A stretch of 63,688 bases of DNA, filler included, from Circinaria calcarea (GCA_051942165.1; 45 parts of 45 records of this genome joined end to end with filler, not necessarily neighbours in it); one strand, 5' to 3'; counted from the first letter of the whole stretch, positions 35,566 to 48,303 are shown. The notes: generated from the letters alone by a model not told the origin. Translations and numbers: made by a program.

Positions 35566-36021
35566 GTCCCTGACCAAGCCTGGGAAAAGACGCCCTACGG
35601 CCGCCCCTCCAACGTCCGCCTCGCCAGCAACGAAGGTCCCCAACAGCTGACCAACCCGCACACCGGCCAAACCTTCATCGTCTACTCGGCCGCCCGCTCC
35701 GACAACCGCAACTACTGCCTCGGCCTGCTCGAACTCGTCGGCGACGACCCGATGAACGTGCAGGACTGGCGCAAGAACACGCAGGGCTGCGTGTTTTACC
35801 AGAACCCGGCGGCGGAGGCGTACGGCGTTGGCCATGCCAGCTTCACGACGAGTCCGGATGGCAGGGAGAATTGGATCGTGTATCATGGGATGCGGGATCC
35901 GGCGAACGGGTGGGCGGCGAGGACGATTCGGACGCAGAAGTTTACGTGGAATGCGGATGGGACACCCCAGTTCCCGAGACCGGGTTATGGGCCTTACCCG
36001 ACCCCTAGCGGGCAGGTTTAA
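35566..36021 (+). CDS. Glycoside hydrolase family 43 (arabinofuranosidase-like), C-terminal part
   Basis: SNEGPQQL, FIVYSAARSDNRNYCLGLLEL, YGVGHASFTTSPDGRENWIVYHG, RTIRTQKFTWNADGTPQFPRP. Confidence 0.9.
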   Translation, partial: VPDQAWEKTPYGRPSNVRLASNEGPQQLTNPHTGQTFIVYSAARSDNRNYCLGLLELVGDDPMNVQDWRKNTQGCVFYQNPAAEAYGVGHASFTTSPDGRENWIVYHGMRDPANGWAARTIRTQKFTWNADGTPQFPRPGYGPYPTPSGQV

Positions 36022-36556
36022 GGGATAATGTTGCTACACAATTATACTTAGGGGGCCAATGTACGGAGTAACTTAAAGAGCGTTACGATTTGATTAGCTC
36101 TAGGAATCCAAAATGAATATTATATTTTGATAAATACAAAAGCAACAAACAGGATGAAATTCATCAGACTCGAAATCGAGCCCTCTTAAAACAGCCCCCA
36201 AAAAAATGTCATCTGTATCGAAAGATACTTACTTCACTTTATGGCGTCTTACGCTAACGTGACGGCTGAAATTAGTGTGCATACACTGGTGTTCTGCCAC
36301 TTGTAGGGAAATAGAAGGGAGAAGTGATTCGTTTTGGGTGAACAACGGCGGGAGTAAAAGCCATGTTTAGAGAAAAAGGACCATGTTCTCGCTGAGCTTG
36401 GTGATACAGTCGGTAAAATTGTCATTCCTTCATAGAGAAATTTCTGATTCATAGCTGCCATGCGCGACCGAGTTAAAGAGATCAACCTCTTACGTTCCCC
36501 CTTTTGATGCAAATTTATCATGCCTTCGTCCTTATTTTCGTCAAATTGCACACACC

Positions 36557-36881
36557 CTAGGTGTACATATTGTAGATTGGATTGGGCGGCATCTTCCCGA
36601 CCAGCCTATCATGTTCACTCGGCCTAAATTTTGCTTCTTTGTATGCAAACTCTGCGTCCTTTGCTCCCTCTTCCACTTCTGAGAATTCGAATTCTTTCTT
36701 CGGCAGCAGATCGTAAACTCCTCGCGCGTATTCTGGGGCGATATTGTAAATCTGCGCCAAGTACTTGCTCTGGATTACGGGATATTTGACAAATCGAAGC
36801 ATGTTCGCTGTATTGATATGCGTATGTTTACGTGCCTCGTCGTCCATGACGCGTTTGTACAGTTCACGGGCCTGACTGTAT
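36557..36881 (-). CDS. Monofunctional catalase, C-terminal fragment
   Basis: YSQARELYKRVMDDEARKHTHINTANML...YLAQIYNIAPEYARGVYDLL (catalase C-terminal helical domain). Confidence 0.82.
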
Positions 36882-37019
36882 NNNNNNNNNNNNNNNNNNN
36901 NNNNNNNNNNNNNNNNNNNNNNNNNTTAATTAATTAANNNNNNNNNNNNNNNNNNNNNNNNNNNNNNNNNNNNNNNNNNNNGTCTATGCATGGCAGATGT
37001 GAGTAGGCCCGCTATTTCT

Positions 37020-37729
37020 TCAAGGTGTTTCGTGTAGAGACACGTGATAGAATTCAGCTGCGTCTAGAATGGTAAAATCGCCGTCACTGTGCTCGGGATG
37101 TAATTTGATATAAGCCAGAGCCACATCATAGATAAACTCCATTGGGAGGTCCTCTTCCGGGATACCGCGGAAATGCTCAAACATGGAAGCCCAACAGGCA
37201 TAAGAGTCTGCCACCAGTTGGCGGAGCAAGGAGCCTTTGGTAGTTTGCGAATAGACGTAGGCGCATTTCTCATATAAAGGAATCAACGTCGTTATCGGTG
37301 ATGAGTCTAATTTGGCGATTAAAAGATCGGCGATTGCATTCATCAACAATGGAATGGCCCGTTTGCCGGCGAACAGGTAAAGGTCAATTAAGGTGTCCCA
37401 CGAGATCTCGTCCACTGTTTGGCCCCTTGCTAACAAAGTTTGGTTGTACAACCAGCCATTGAAGAGGTCGAAGTCCACCACTCGATCTTCCTCCAAATGG
37501 ATTTCTCGACTCGCAGCTTCGAGGAAATTGCCCTGGAGTGCCCTTCTGAAAAAAGCCGAGTATTCGCATAGCAGGCCCCCATGCATGCCGAACTTCTCCT
37601 TTTCCGATCCAACAATTACGTAAACAATGCTATCATACAGAGACCTGTCCAAGGTTAGAATGATTAACGGTGATGAACAGTTTTGACTTACTTGCGTTTT
37701 CCAAATCTTGTCTTTGCGATGACCTCCAT
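37020..37729 (-). CDS. BTB/POZ domain protein, complete (exons 37692-37729, 37020-37644)
   Basis: IVYVIVGSEKEKFGMHGGLLCEYSAFFRRALQGNFLEA..IHLEED..FDLFNGWLY, LIDLYLFAGKR. GTAAGT..CTAAC..CAG intron. Confidence 0.9.
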
Positions 37730-38103
37730 GTTGTGTAAATTTGCTGGCAGGTTTTGGGAGGTTGCTGAAATTCTAGGGGAGAGACGTGATGCGTTGTATA
37801 CAGCTTGGGAAAACAAAGCCCTCATTACCTTAAGTAACGAGCATTTCTCAATATACGCTCATTCGGTCCTGCTGGACGATGTCATGATCTGCGTATTCAG
37901 TTTCTTATCTTCACTGCAATTTTGTGCAACCGGAAGCCATAAATCAATCACGTTGCCATCAAGGTGGTCAGTTAAAACCAATGATTGTCATTAGATAACT
38001 CTGGTCGAGAAAGTTAACGAGACTGTGAACAGATGTCAAGGTGGATGATCCCAATCATGACCATGTTTTCAAGAGTGAGAAGTAAGACCGGGTCTTCATA
38101 TGA

Positions 38104-38298
38104 TTATTCATCTTCGGAGGCTTTGGCATACTCGTCTTCAAGCTCATCATGATGATCCAGAACTTTTTCGATAAGACCCAGGGTCACTCTCAACGGGAGT
38201 CCTACCACGTTGTCGAAGCTGCCTTCAATCCTTTCAATCAAGATAGCACCAATTCCTTGGATTCCATATCCTCCGGCCTTGTCGGCACCCTCTCTTGT
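38104..38298 (-). CDS. Maf/YhdE-family NTP pyrophosphatase (ASMTL-like), C-terminal fragment
   Basis: [40 protein letters not shown]. Not in the ORF track. Confidence 0.93.
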   Translation of the reverse strand, partial: TREGADKAGGYGIQGIGAILIERIEGSFDNVVGLPLRVTLGLIEKVLDHHDELEDEYAKASEDE

Positions 38299-39886
38299 NN
38301 NNNNNNNNNNNNNNNNNNNNNNNNNNNNNNNNNNNNNNNNNNTTAATTAATTAANNNNNNNNNNNNNNNNNNNNNNNNNNNNNNNNNNNNNNNNNNNNGT
38401 AACAGTCTGATATTCAAAGTTCATGCCAACCTCATTTTCTATTAGAGATGCATGAATCTAGTGCAGTACTTTTTATAGGCTTGCAATGATTTCATCCAGA
38501 AACACACCAAACAAATCCCCCCCGCGTTCACCCTGCATCTTCTAACCTCTTTAACCCGTTCTACCGTTACCGCAACCTTGATCATGTGATGCGACGTTTG
38601 ACCCCTTGTCCGAGACCTTTCTTCCGTTACGGCCAGCTCCATCTCCATTTGCGTCTGTGTTGAGGTATTCATTGCCGCCATGCCCGTATGATTCCAATTT
38701 GCCCTCATCATTTCCAAGCTTCTCCATCATCTAAACCACACCTTTTCTTCCAGAAACGATAGCAACGCTCCTTTTTGGCCTTCCAAGACATTTCACCCAG
38801 TCTCTCCCGTATCACCTCTTGCCTCACGTGACTAATGGAATCCCTGTCGACCTGGATGTCACACTCCGAACGAGAAACGCTATCAGTGTGCTTGATGCTC
38901 AAGATCTGAAAACTGACAATGGACTCCACTCCACAACACCAACTGAATCGCATACTAAAAGTAACGACAAAAGGCCAATTGAAGGACTTAATGAAGAGAT
39001 GGCTAGAAGGGAGAAGGAGCATGAGGGATGAAAAACCACTGTCGAGCGCAGAAAGCACGAAACCAAACGTGGTTCGGTGATGACAAGCTCTCGGCGGCAT
39101 TGGTGACAGAGATCCTCTCGCCGGAGGCAGACACAGAAATGGAGGCCTTAAGCCTTAATTAGTCCTCGAAGCATTTGGAGAGGCAGGAAACTAGCATTGA
39201 AGCTGGACAAGTCATTTATTGCGATGGTTGGAAAACCTGTCTCACGGGAAGGTGTCGGGGGCAATTGTTGGGAAGATCTAGCATAAATGCTACTGCCGCT
39301 ATATTGGATGCACTTCTGGGTCTTTCGAATAAGTCTTCCAAAACTCTGTTTGATCTTCAAGAACATCGCAGTCAAACGGCGTTGCTATAACTGCTCATCC
39401 CTTTCTCCAACGAATCTGAGCGGTTAATTTGCCCGCTTGACGATGCCTAGCTGTCTCCCCACCTGCTCAGTGTCCACTCTTCGACAGATAGGGTGGTGTA
39501 ACTGCCAACCGTCGAGCCGTGCGGACAGGATGACCAAGGAGTCGTTTTGGGGACGGCTGTCTTTGTCGATCAAATATGTAATTTCCAGGTCATCAAGCTC
39601 CTAGTCGCTGTCATCGTCATCTTGAACATCGTCAACGCTCCTAATCCATGCACTTCGCGCATCCACAGCCTCCTTCCTGACATCACGTTTCGGGTCATCA
39701 AGTACTCTCATCAANNNNNNNNNNNNNNNNNNNNNNNNNNNNNNNNNNNNNNNNNNNNTTAATTAATTAANNNNNNNNNNNNNNNNNNNNNNNNNNNNNN
39801 NNNNNNNNNNNNNNACCATGTCTTGCTAGGGACCGCCGGCTGCGCGATCCTCATTCAGTTGCAAATGGTCGCTCCATACTCGAGAG

Positions 39887-40897
39887 TTAATAATCTGGCT
39901 GTAAAGGCTTAAAGACCTCGCTTCGACCTAGCTTCCAACTGCTTGGTAAATGAAATCGACCCATACTGTCCCCGGTATCACTTCTTTCGGATGAAATTCT
40001 AAAGCTTCTAGTACTGTGGCGGAAATTGATATTGGATAGAGGATGGAAGGTGGGTAAGTATGCGCTTATTACCGCCACGGAAGACTCAATGGAGGTCCAG
40101 ACATCGAATTCCGCATCGGTCACAGACGATCTTGAGAAAATAGGATTAACGACGCAGCCAAGCAGGTAATTACAAGCGGTAAGGGAAAATATACGTGAAT
40201 CATCTCCAGCAAAGAAATCGAATATATATACTAAACGAACGATGCTTGCAGCGCAGACCTTAATATCGAACATGCAATATATGTGGTGGCATTTATACTA
40301 TGTACGAGTGTGTGTAACTAAGTAAGCTATCTATGCAGCCAAAAAGTGCTTTTATGATATTTGTGGAAGTGTTGAGCATAGACCTCCTATGCAACACATG
40401 CCTCGGTAAGCCCTATGGTATGACTTCCAAGACTTAAGAGTTAGGAGCAGTTAGCCCTTCGAAATATATAGTCTCGGTTGAAAATCCGAGCGAAATACTT
40501 ACAAAACCACCGAGTAGGAACAATCCTAACACCGCAACCTTTCTTCCTCGGGACATATGAAGGCCACACTCCAGTAGCACGGTAGACTTAAAACTGAGAA
40601 ATCTGTCAGGATACTACCAGAAGCCAGGCCACTAATTGGGGAATCGTTGGAATATAGCTGGCTGTCACGGTAGGCTCCCCAGACACCGCGAATAGGTATT
40701 CAAATGAAGATATTCGAGAGGAGAGCGGCGAGCCAAAGTATAATCGCAACCGTCATGTTGATATAAACGGCAATTGCGAACGTCCGTATTGTAAATATCA
40801 TTTTGTACAATATTAGTATTGATAATGTTATTATTGTCAGAGTATTCCAAAAAACAAATGGGGACATGTAGTATATCTGCAGTGGATTAGGCCCCAC
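39887..40897 (-). pseudogene. PTH11-like integral membrane protein, probably disrupted
   Basis: SILILYKMIF, LHMSRGRKVAVLGLFLLGGF, VCAASIVRLVY, WTSIESSVAVISAYLPTFHPL. In-frame TGA at 40700-40702 where the family has the IFxCxP Cys. Confidence 0.72.
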
Positions 40898-41229
40898 TCA
40901 ATTCCTTCACGGTAGCATCAAGTCTAAAAGAACATGATATCTCACCTTAAACAGAGACCTATGATGAGCTGCGGAGAGGGCATGGAGCGTGGCGTCCGTC
41001 ATGAAAATAGACAGCTGGAAGGTCTCGCCATGTTAGTTGTTACCAACTCATGCTTTTTCGAAGCCAAAGACAGGGGCTCAGGGTACTATACCAGACTGAG
41101 CCACACCGCCGACAACCCAGTTCAAGGCCNNNNNNNNNNNNNNNNNNNNNNNNNNNNNNNNNNNNNNNNNNNNTTAATTAATTAANNNNNNNNNNNNNNN
41201 NNNNNNNNNNNNNNNNNNNNNNNNNNNNN

Positions 41230-42544
41230 CCTCTGCACTGTCCTCGTCGTTTCCAAGCCCTCGAACAAGGACACCTGACCTTCACCGCCGCCGCCGCTCT
41301 TCTGGACGCTCTGGTAAAAGAAGAGGAGCTTGAGCGCGGGATTCCGGTCGAGGCTGGTCGTGTTGTCATCATCGTCCATGGTGGTTGCAGTGGGCGCGTG
41401 TTCGGAAAGAGCATTGACCCAGGTGGAAAAGGGCACGGTTTCGAGGGTTGGGGCCGAGGGCTTGAGACTGTCGAGGACGGTGGGGAGGAGAGAGGGCCAG
41501 GGGACCGGGTGCGGGTTCAGGACATGGTAGACGCGCGTCGCGGCGACTTTATCAGTGGTGTTGGTGGAATGGGACGCCATGGGTGATGGGGATTCGTCAG
41601 GGACTCGAGCGTTGGAATCGGAGGGCAGGGATGCTTGGTCGGCGTCCCGGTCGTTGATCAGTAATCCCACGAGCACGTTTCCCAGAACGTCGACCGGGAT
41701 CCAATCGATCATGTTCGCCGCTCCCAGGTCGCCGGGGATCTTACCCAGGAACTTGGAGCTGGCGATTAGGCTGGGGAACCATTCCCGCCGGTTCCAGGTC
41801 CCGTGTTTGGGATCGATGGGACCGGCGACCTGGCCCACTCGGACGATGGTGCAGGGGATCCCGGCGACCCGGTTTGCCGTATCGAGTAGCCTCTCCGCAA
41901 CGTGTTTGGACTCTGCGTAGCCCATGGCCTCCGGCACGGAAAAGTCTTCAATAATCGCCTCCGGGACGGGACCGGCGTGGTTGGTGTTCCAAGCCAAGAC
42001 GGTGCTGACGCTGGAGATGAAGAAGATGTGTGCGGCATTGCGGGCGGAGAGGTCGATGAGTTGGCGGACGAAGCTGATATGCGGAGTTGCGAAGGAGGAG
42101 AGGGAGCGGTTGAAGTCGACGGGCCAGGCGTTGTGGATGATGTGCGTGGTGGTTTCGAGGAGCGTAGAGTAGGTGGATGGGTGGAGTCCGAGATATGCTT
42201 GGGAGAAATCGGACTGAAGGAACTCCACACGTTCTGGAGACCAGTCTGATGAGAGGGCTTTGGATGAGTTTTGTGACTTTTGACGCTCCTCTCCGTTCAC
42301 TGAGCGGTTCAGGCAGTATATCTTTTTCACGCTACTATTGGCAAGTAATGCATTGAAGACAAAGGGCCCGAGCGATCCGGTGGAGCCTGTAAGTAGCACT
42401 GTCAAAGGCTTGCCTTTGTGGATAGTTAGAGGCCTAGCAATAGCAGGCAAGTCCGCAGTATACTTTTCAAGTAACTCTTGCATCTTGCTCATTCGGTTTA
42501 TCGCCGTTTCAGATACAGAGGGCCCATTTGTACTGGCCGATTCT
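41230..42544 (-). CDS. Terminal thioester-reductase (R) domain of an NRPS-like/CAR or PKS enzyme, fragment
   Basis: TVLLTGSTGSLG, KIYCLNRS, HIIHNAWPVDFN, FFISSVS, GYAESKHVAE, IVRVGQVAGP, IDWIPVD, NPALKLL. Confidence 0.93.
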
Positions 42545-43892
42545 NNNNNNNNNNNNNNNNNNNNNNNNNNNNNNNNNNNNNNNNNNNNTTAATTAATTAA
42601 NNNNNNNNNNNNNNNNNNNNNNNNNNNNNNNNNNNNNNNNNNNNATTTTTCGCATGAGCTGCTGGAGAATGTAGAGGATCGATAGACCACGCACTCCTCC
42701 CCCATCTGCAGGTGAACCCATCAGCTATCAGCAAGCACTAAAGCTACGCAAATACCTAGGGAGAGAAGGCGCAACTGTCGAGCAGCCGGTGCTGCAGATG
42801 AAGACATTTCTTCACGAAGGTCCCTGTCAGCCATCTGTTCTGAAAGACGGAGTGTTCTGGTATTCGCCCATGGCTCACTTTCACAGTAGAGGTGCCGATC
42901 TCACTGTAAGATACTAAAGATTTTCTGCCAGAATCATGTCAAAGAGTTCGAGGAAATACGAAAGTATTGAGGGCTGAAGATAGGTGCTTAGTTTGGAAAG
43001 CTTCTAGACAAGGCTGGCATGATGGACCTGCTCAAGGAAGCCTTGTGGCCGATGCTCCAGATCCAATCGAGGCAACCAGCACACACCACACAGTAGGGAG
43101 TTACGCGCCTGTGTAACATGAGGCCGATAGATGATTGGTACTACACCGAAGTGCAGACCTTGATAGGGCATGGCGTCTGCGGAGGCTGCAGTGCATGTCC
43201 CTCACAGATTAAGGAGTTCTACTGCCTGTTGTTTGCATCTCGCATACGAAGACAGTCGATTGCTCCTGCTTGGTAAAAAAGTTCCGAACCATAGACCATC
43301 TCGTTTATCTCGCAAGCCCCGCGCAACTGGCATGGATCGCAAGAAGACTGACTGGACGACGCTATCTTAGGTACGTGAGGTATTTAGAATTTGTTTCCAA
43401 TTATCGTTTTGGATTTGGGGAAGGGGGAAGGTGTCGGATATCAAGAATATAAAGGAGTTCCGCCTGTTTATAAGGTGGGGGCTTGAATACACTGCTTTCG
43501 AGGCATTTTTAGCCCTCTGGACATCCTTCTGGGGCAGGATATCAAGTGGACAAGAAGAAATAAAGTACGAAAAGTATTCCTTGGGAGATCCTGTTGAAAC
43601 ATCAAAACCTAATCGTCATGTTATCGATCGCATATCGCGATTCGAATCCAAAACACCCTTGTGATTTAGAAACGTGGTTGAAAATTTCTAAGAGGATGTC
43701 ACTGAGTTGGAATCTCATAGTTCTATATCTCAGGGGAGGAAATTGTTCTAAAATAAAAATACTAATATGCAGAAAATCGGATATTCTCGGATAGGCCACT
43801 TTCTTTACTCACACTCTCTCAATCGTTCTTCAATCCCCAACCCACCAATCACCATTCTCCGTCCCTGTCCTCCATCCTGAAAAAGCTCTCAA

Positions 43893-43958
43893 ATGCACCA
43901 CTCCCTCCCCCTCCTCCTCTTATTTCTCCTCTTCTCCATCCCCATCCTCAGCCTCACC
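43893..43958 (+). CDS. Probable 5' end of a secreted protein (signal peptide only)
   Basis: MHHSLPLLLLFLLFSIPILSLT runs into the linker. Confidence 0.4.
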
Positions 43959-44864
43959 NNNNNNNNNNNNNNNNNNNNNNNNNNNNNNNNNNNNNNNNNN
44001 NNTTAATTAATTAANNNNNNNNNNNNNNNNNNNNNNNNNNNNNNNNNNNNNNNNNNNNTGGGTGGATCAGGGAGCCGGACCGAAAGTCGTCATCGACACC
44101 ATAGCATATCCGAGGCCGAAAGCGGAAGTCAGCGGCAAGCCTCCACCCAATCTGAAACACGCCAATCTCGCAACTCGGCTGGTCCGGACAAGAGGCGTAC
44201 CGATAACGGGACGCCCAAGCGAGAGCTGGAGGCACCGTCATGAAAAGAGGGAGCGGAGTCTTGATTTGCGGGTTGGGAATTCCGGTGGTTGGTGAAAATC
44301 TCTTGGATGTACCGGTGGCTTGTCTTAAATGTACCCTTTTTGCTTCTCGTTCCAATACCCTTTTGCGACCACCACCGTGCAGCGATGTTGCCACCGCAAA
44401 CGAACGATGCTGTTCGTCTCCTGTCTAACAGTCTGCTTCCTGGAGTTGTTGCGTTGACGGATTAGCCTCGCTGACCGCCTGGATGGTGCGGCATGCTGCG
44501 AGTCCATATCATGTATACACAACTGTATGATAGGAATATGAACGTCCGACACTACCGTACCAGTTCTGACCCAATCGAAAGTTGGAGTAACATGCCAATT
44601 GTGAGGGTTCCTGGATTACCCGGTGCGGAGTCGAAGCGATTGCGCTTAGTCTTGGTCTTCATGTAAAATAACTCCGGAAAACAACGAGTTGTGCACTTAA
44701 TCAACCCACCCCAGTTATAATTGAATAGAATTCACAAATACCTTGGACTGTGATGTATTCTAGTAAACCCATGATGTTCAGATAATTCCTGCCATTGCGG
44801 ATGGTGGAATTAATGAAAACAATCATTTTTGATACGTTAAATTGGCGAGCTCGAATGATAAAGC

Positions 44865-45000
44865 TTAGGGCCTGTTTGGATACCCCCGTTTATTGGAATC
44901 GATTGTCACAATCGTTTTTGCCAAGTCGCGAAAAGGTGTTTGGAAAGCGCGATTCTGGAACGATTGTGGAGGCTGTGATTCCCCGCTTGCAAGGATTAAA
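44865..45000 (+). mobile_element. PIF/Harbinger (Tourist)-like left terminus
   Basis: TTA followed by GGGCCTGTTTGGATA. A second GGTGTTTGGA and GAATCG/CGATT subterminal motifs follow. No matching right end found. Confidence 0.45.
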
Positions 45001-45111
45001 ATTATAGGCTAATCACTAGTAAATTTTATCACTTCATATTGGGAAAATCATGAAATCGTAACAAACCCTATAAATAATTAGTTATTAATTAAAATAGAGG
45101 GAATAAAAGGC

Positions 45112-45170
45112 AACATGTCTAACCTCCAAGGCCAAAATCATATTATTTGGCCTTGGAGGTTAGACATGTT
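45112..45170. repeat. Perfect 25-bp inverted repeat with 9-nt loop
   Basis: AACATGTCTAACCTCCAAGGCCAAA atcatatta TTTGGCCTTGGAGGTTAGACATGTT. Confidence 0.95.
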
Positions 45171-45622
45171 CCCCGCCATCTTGCAGGCCTGTATAATTCG
45201 CAGCAGTAATTAATTTAATTAGATATGCTTCATGTTAGGGTGAAGCCAATTCACAAAGATAGCAGGCCTAGAACCAAAGCAATTTGTGGGCTCTATAAAC
45301 CTAGAATAACATAAGGATTGAAGGTGTCTGGGACACGCGAATATAAGCAACCCGCCAAGGCTCGCTAACGCTNNNNNNNNNNNNNNNNNNNNNNNNNNNN
45401 NNNNNNNNNNNNNNNNTTAATTAATTAANNNNNNNNNNNNNNNNNNNNNNNNNNNNNNNNNNNNNNNNNNNNCGCCTCGATTGTTGGCGGCTTACGGGAT
45501 GATCTGATCAGGGCTCCTATCGAGGTATCTGTATAAAGTAGAAGCCCCATCCAATCCCTAATATTCGCTGTGCAAGCCTCCACCTTATGCTTCATGGCAC
45601 ATTGGCGAAAAAAAGACATCTT

Positions 45623-46261
45623 TCAAATGAAATGGATATGTGGTTCCCAAGCCAGTATGTTTTTGGTTAGAAATTCTGGACTCGCCCGCTCATCGTCCTT
45701 GCCCGGGAGATATTCGTCATCCACGTTAGGGATGGTCATTGTTTGCTGTAATGGTGGCACTTTCTTGCACCATATAGGCACTTCCTCTAATATTTTCGGT
45801 CGCTCCTTCAGCTCATCCAGGTCCACAATTATAGCGGGAGCATCTCGTGGAAGCCCAAGGGAGATGTTTCGGTTGAATGCCTTCACAAGTAGATGCGGAA
45901 TCACAGAAAGAATGGCATACCGCTCTGGATTGGGATCACACGGGTCTGGAATAGATGCTACCGCCCACATGTGCTGGTTGAAGAAGTACTCGATTTCGTT
46001 TCGCAGCTCGGTCGTCCAGTCTTCAACAATACTCTCATATAGGCGATAAAGAGAATCAATCGGCCGATCGTTTCTATGAGCACGCTTGAGAGTAAGTAAC
46101 CGAGATCGTTCGCGTCCTGTGTTGCGGTGTGCCAGTAACCATTCGATAGATCGGGGCGGCTCCCTAGGAGCATTACCCAGCTGGCGCCTGAAAGGCCGAG
46201 GTATGCAATTGAAGACGCTTAACCACAAAGAGGATAGACTGGAGCTTAGAGTGCACATCAT
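45623..46261 (-). CDS. Conserved fungal hypothetical protein, apparently complete and intronless
   Basis: SLYRLYE..LRNEIEYFF..WAVASIPDPCDPNPERYAIL..LVKAFNRNISLGLPRD..LEEVPIW..VPPL..ASPEFLTKNI. Confidence 0.8.
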   Translation of the reverse strand: MMCTLSSSLSSLWLSVFNCIPRPFRRQLGNAPREPPRSIEWLLAHRNTGRERSRLLTLKRAHRNDRPIDSLYRLYESIVEDWTTELRNEIEYFFNQHMWAVASIPDPCDPNPERYAILSVIPHLLVKAFNRNISLGLPRDAPAIIVDLDELKERPKILEEVPIWCKKVPPLQQTMTIPNVDDEYLPGKDDERASPEFLTKNILAWEPHIHFI

Positions 46262-47618
46262 ACTTTGTCTATCAAAGATAACTTATTGCTGGGGCATCAT
46301 AATTCATGAAGAAAATCATATACGCCGGCTCGATGGTGGCACACGAGCCAGCGTTCAAAACGGTAAGCTCCATGACGTCATTGCAACAACCATCACAAGC
46401 GCCAACGCCATTGGAGCTTATCGAAGATCGCACTAGTAAAGCCTCAGGATCTCCAACTCCATTGAGCGAGCGATTGGACCTTGTGACTAAGTAAACCCTC
46501 TATTTTACAAATTTACACTAGGTAGAAATCTCTCGGTGCATGCTTGCAAAGACTGCTCTACGCTGAACACCATCGTAAGAGGTTTGGGGGACCCTTTGAA
46601 GTACTTGACTCAAAATGTAAGTAATCTCTCCGTTACCTTATCTCAGTCCTAAGCTCACCCAGCCCCAGGAATCTCAATCGCTCTCTGTCCGTACGGTCCA
46701 AGAAGGACAATGCCTCAACCGCCGGTAGCTCCGAGAAGAGTGCCCCGAAGCATCGTTTTACCATGGCTTCCCTTCGTGGCATCCANNNNNNNNNNNNNNN
46801 NNNNNNNNNNNNNNNNNNNNNNNNNNNNNTTAATTAATTAANNNNNNNNNNNNNNNNNNNNNNNNNNNNNNNNNNNNNNNNNNNNCTTCCCCCTCCCACT
46901 CCCTAAACCAAAACACAAGAAAAAGATATAGAAAAAACCAAAACAACGAAATTCAAAAAAAGGCACCGTTCGTTTCTTTCCACTCTACTCAGAATTTTCC
47001 TTTTCCTTTTCCTTTTTTCCATTTCATTTCGTTTTGAATCTGAATCTAATACCGGATGGCATGGGGGGGCCCCTGGTATGAAATTTTGTCGCCACCCATT
47101 CTCTTTTTCTGGAAAATTTTTAATATTTAAAAAATAAACAAACAAAGGGTCACAAGGGGAGGGGCAGAAAGAGCGAGGAATAGGGAAAAGGCAAGGGGGG
47201 AGCTGCTACTAGTACTGGTACCGGTCGTATCGGAATCGAGATCGGAATCGAGATCGAGACTTTCTGGGCGTTTTTAAAGGTATTTCGAGGTTTGAGATTT
47301 CGTAGAGGTTTGGGGATGAGGGTTTGTTGTTTGGGAAAATCAAGGGGAAAAGGGAGGGTTGAGCGGGCGGTGGGGAGTGGAGAATTGGGGGCGGAGAATT
47401 GGGACCGGAGAAAGGGAGTAGTAGGTTACGCAGGCTAAAAAGTCCGTGAAGGACCCCCAAAAAAAAGCAACTGGGAACAAAGACCCCCCGTGCTCACTTT
47501 GTGAACAATTCTACATGATTGAACACACTACTTTCGGTACCGCACTCTACCTGCCTCCACAGTCCCAAACCGCCCAGGAAGGCAAAAGGGCAAAAGGGCA
47601 AAATGGCAAAATGGCTCC

Positions 47619-48198
47619 CTAAAATAACCAAGAAATAAACCGATACCACCTCCCCGCTCTCCCTCCCTTCCCCTTCGCCGCCTTCGCCGCCAAAAACTCA
47701 TCTTCCTCCCGGTCAATCACGTCCTTGCCCGAGAATAAATCGGCATTCAGCGGCGTCCAGCCCGGTTCCTTGCGGACGAGCTTATACCCTAGGATCATGC
47801 CTAGGTAGAGCGGAATACCCAGGTATCCCGTGATGAAGTTCTTGTAGTCAAACGTGCGGAGGCCCGCTTCGCGCGTGTTGTCGTGGATAAAGACGTCAAA
47901 GTTTTTGAAGATGGCGATGAGGATGCAGAAGAAGAGGGCGCCGTAGGATCCCCATATGCCCAATGGAGCTATGTACGGCATTTGGTGGTCGGAAATCCCT
48001 TGGGCGCGGCGGGCGCGGACAAAGTAGATGTGGGCGACGAGGATGGAGATCCAGGTAAGAAGGCCGAAGATGGTGACGAGGTTGACAAAGTAGTTGAAGA
48101 CGTTGGTGGAGGATTGAGAGACGTTGAGGAAGGCGATGAGGGAAATGGTGGCGGAGAGTCCAAGGGCGTAGATGGGAACACCGCGGCGGTCGGTACGG
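47619..48198 (-). CDS. APC-family amino-acid permease (Dip5-like), C-terminal part
   Basis: RTDRRGVPIYAL..VFNYFVNLVTIFGLLTWISILVAHIYFVRARRAQG..MPYIAPLG..FDYKNFITGYLGIP..ADLFSGKDVIDREE. Confidence 0.92.
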
Positions 48199-48303
48199 NN
48201 NNNNNNNNNNNNNNNNNNNNNNNNNNNNNNNNNNNNNNNNNNTTAATTAATTAANNNNNNNNNNNNNNNNNNNNNNNNNNNNNNNNNNNNNNNNNNNNCA
48301 CAG

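Noticed and set aside
38399..39713. Possible degenerate gene or transposase
   Set aside because: Short, stop-interrupted frames on both strands with no family motif I can recognise.
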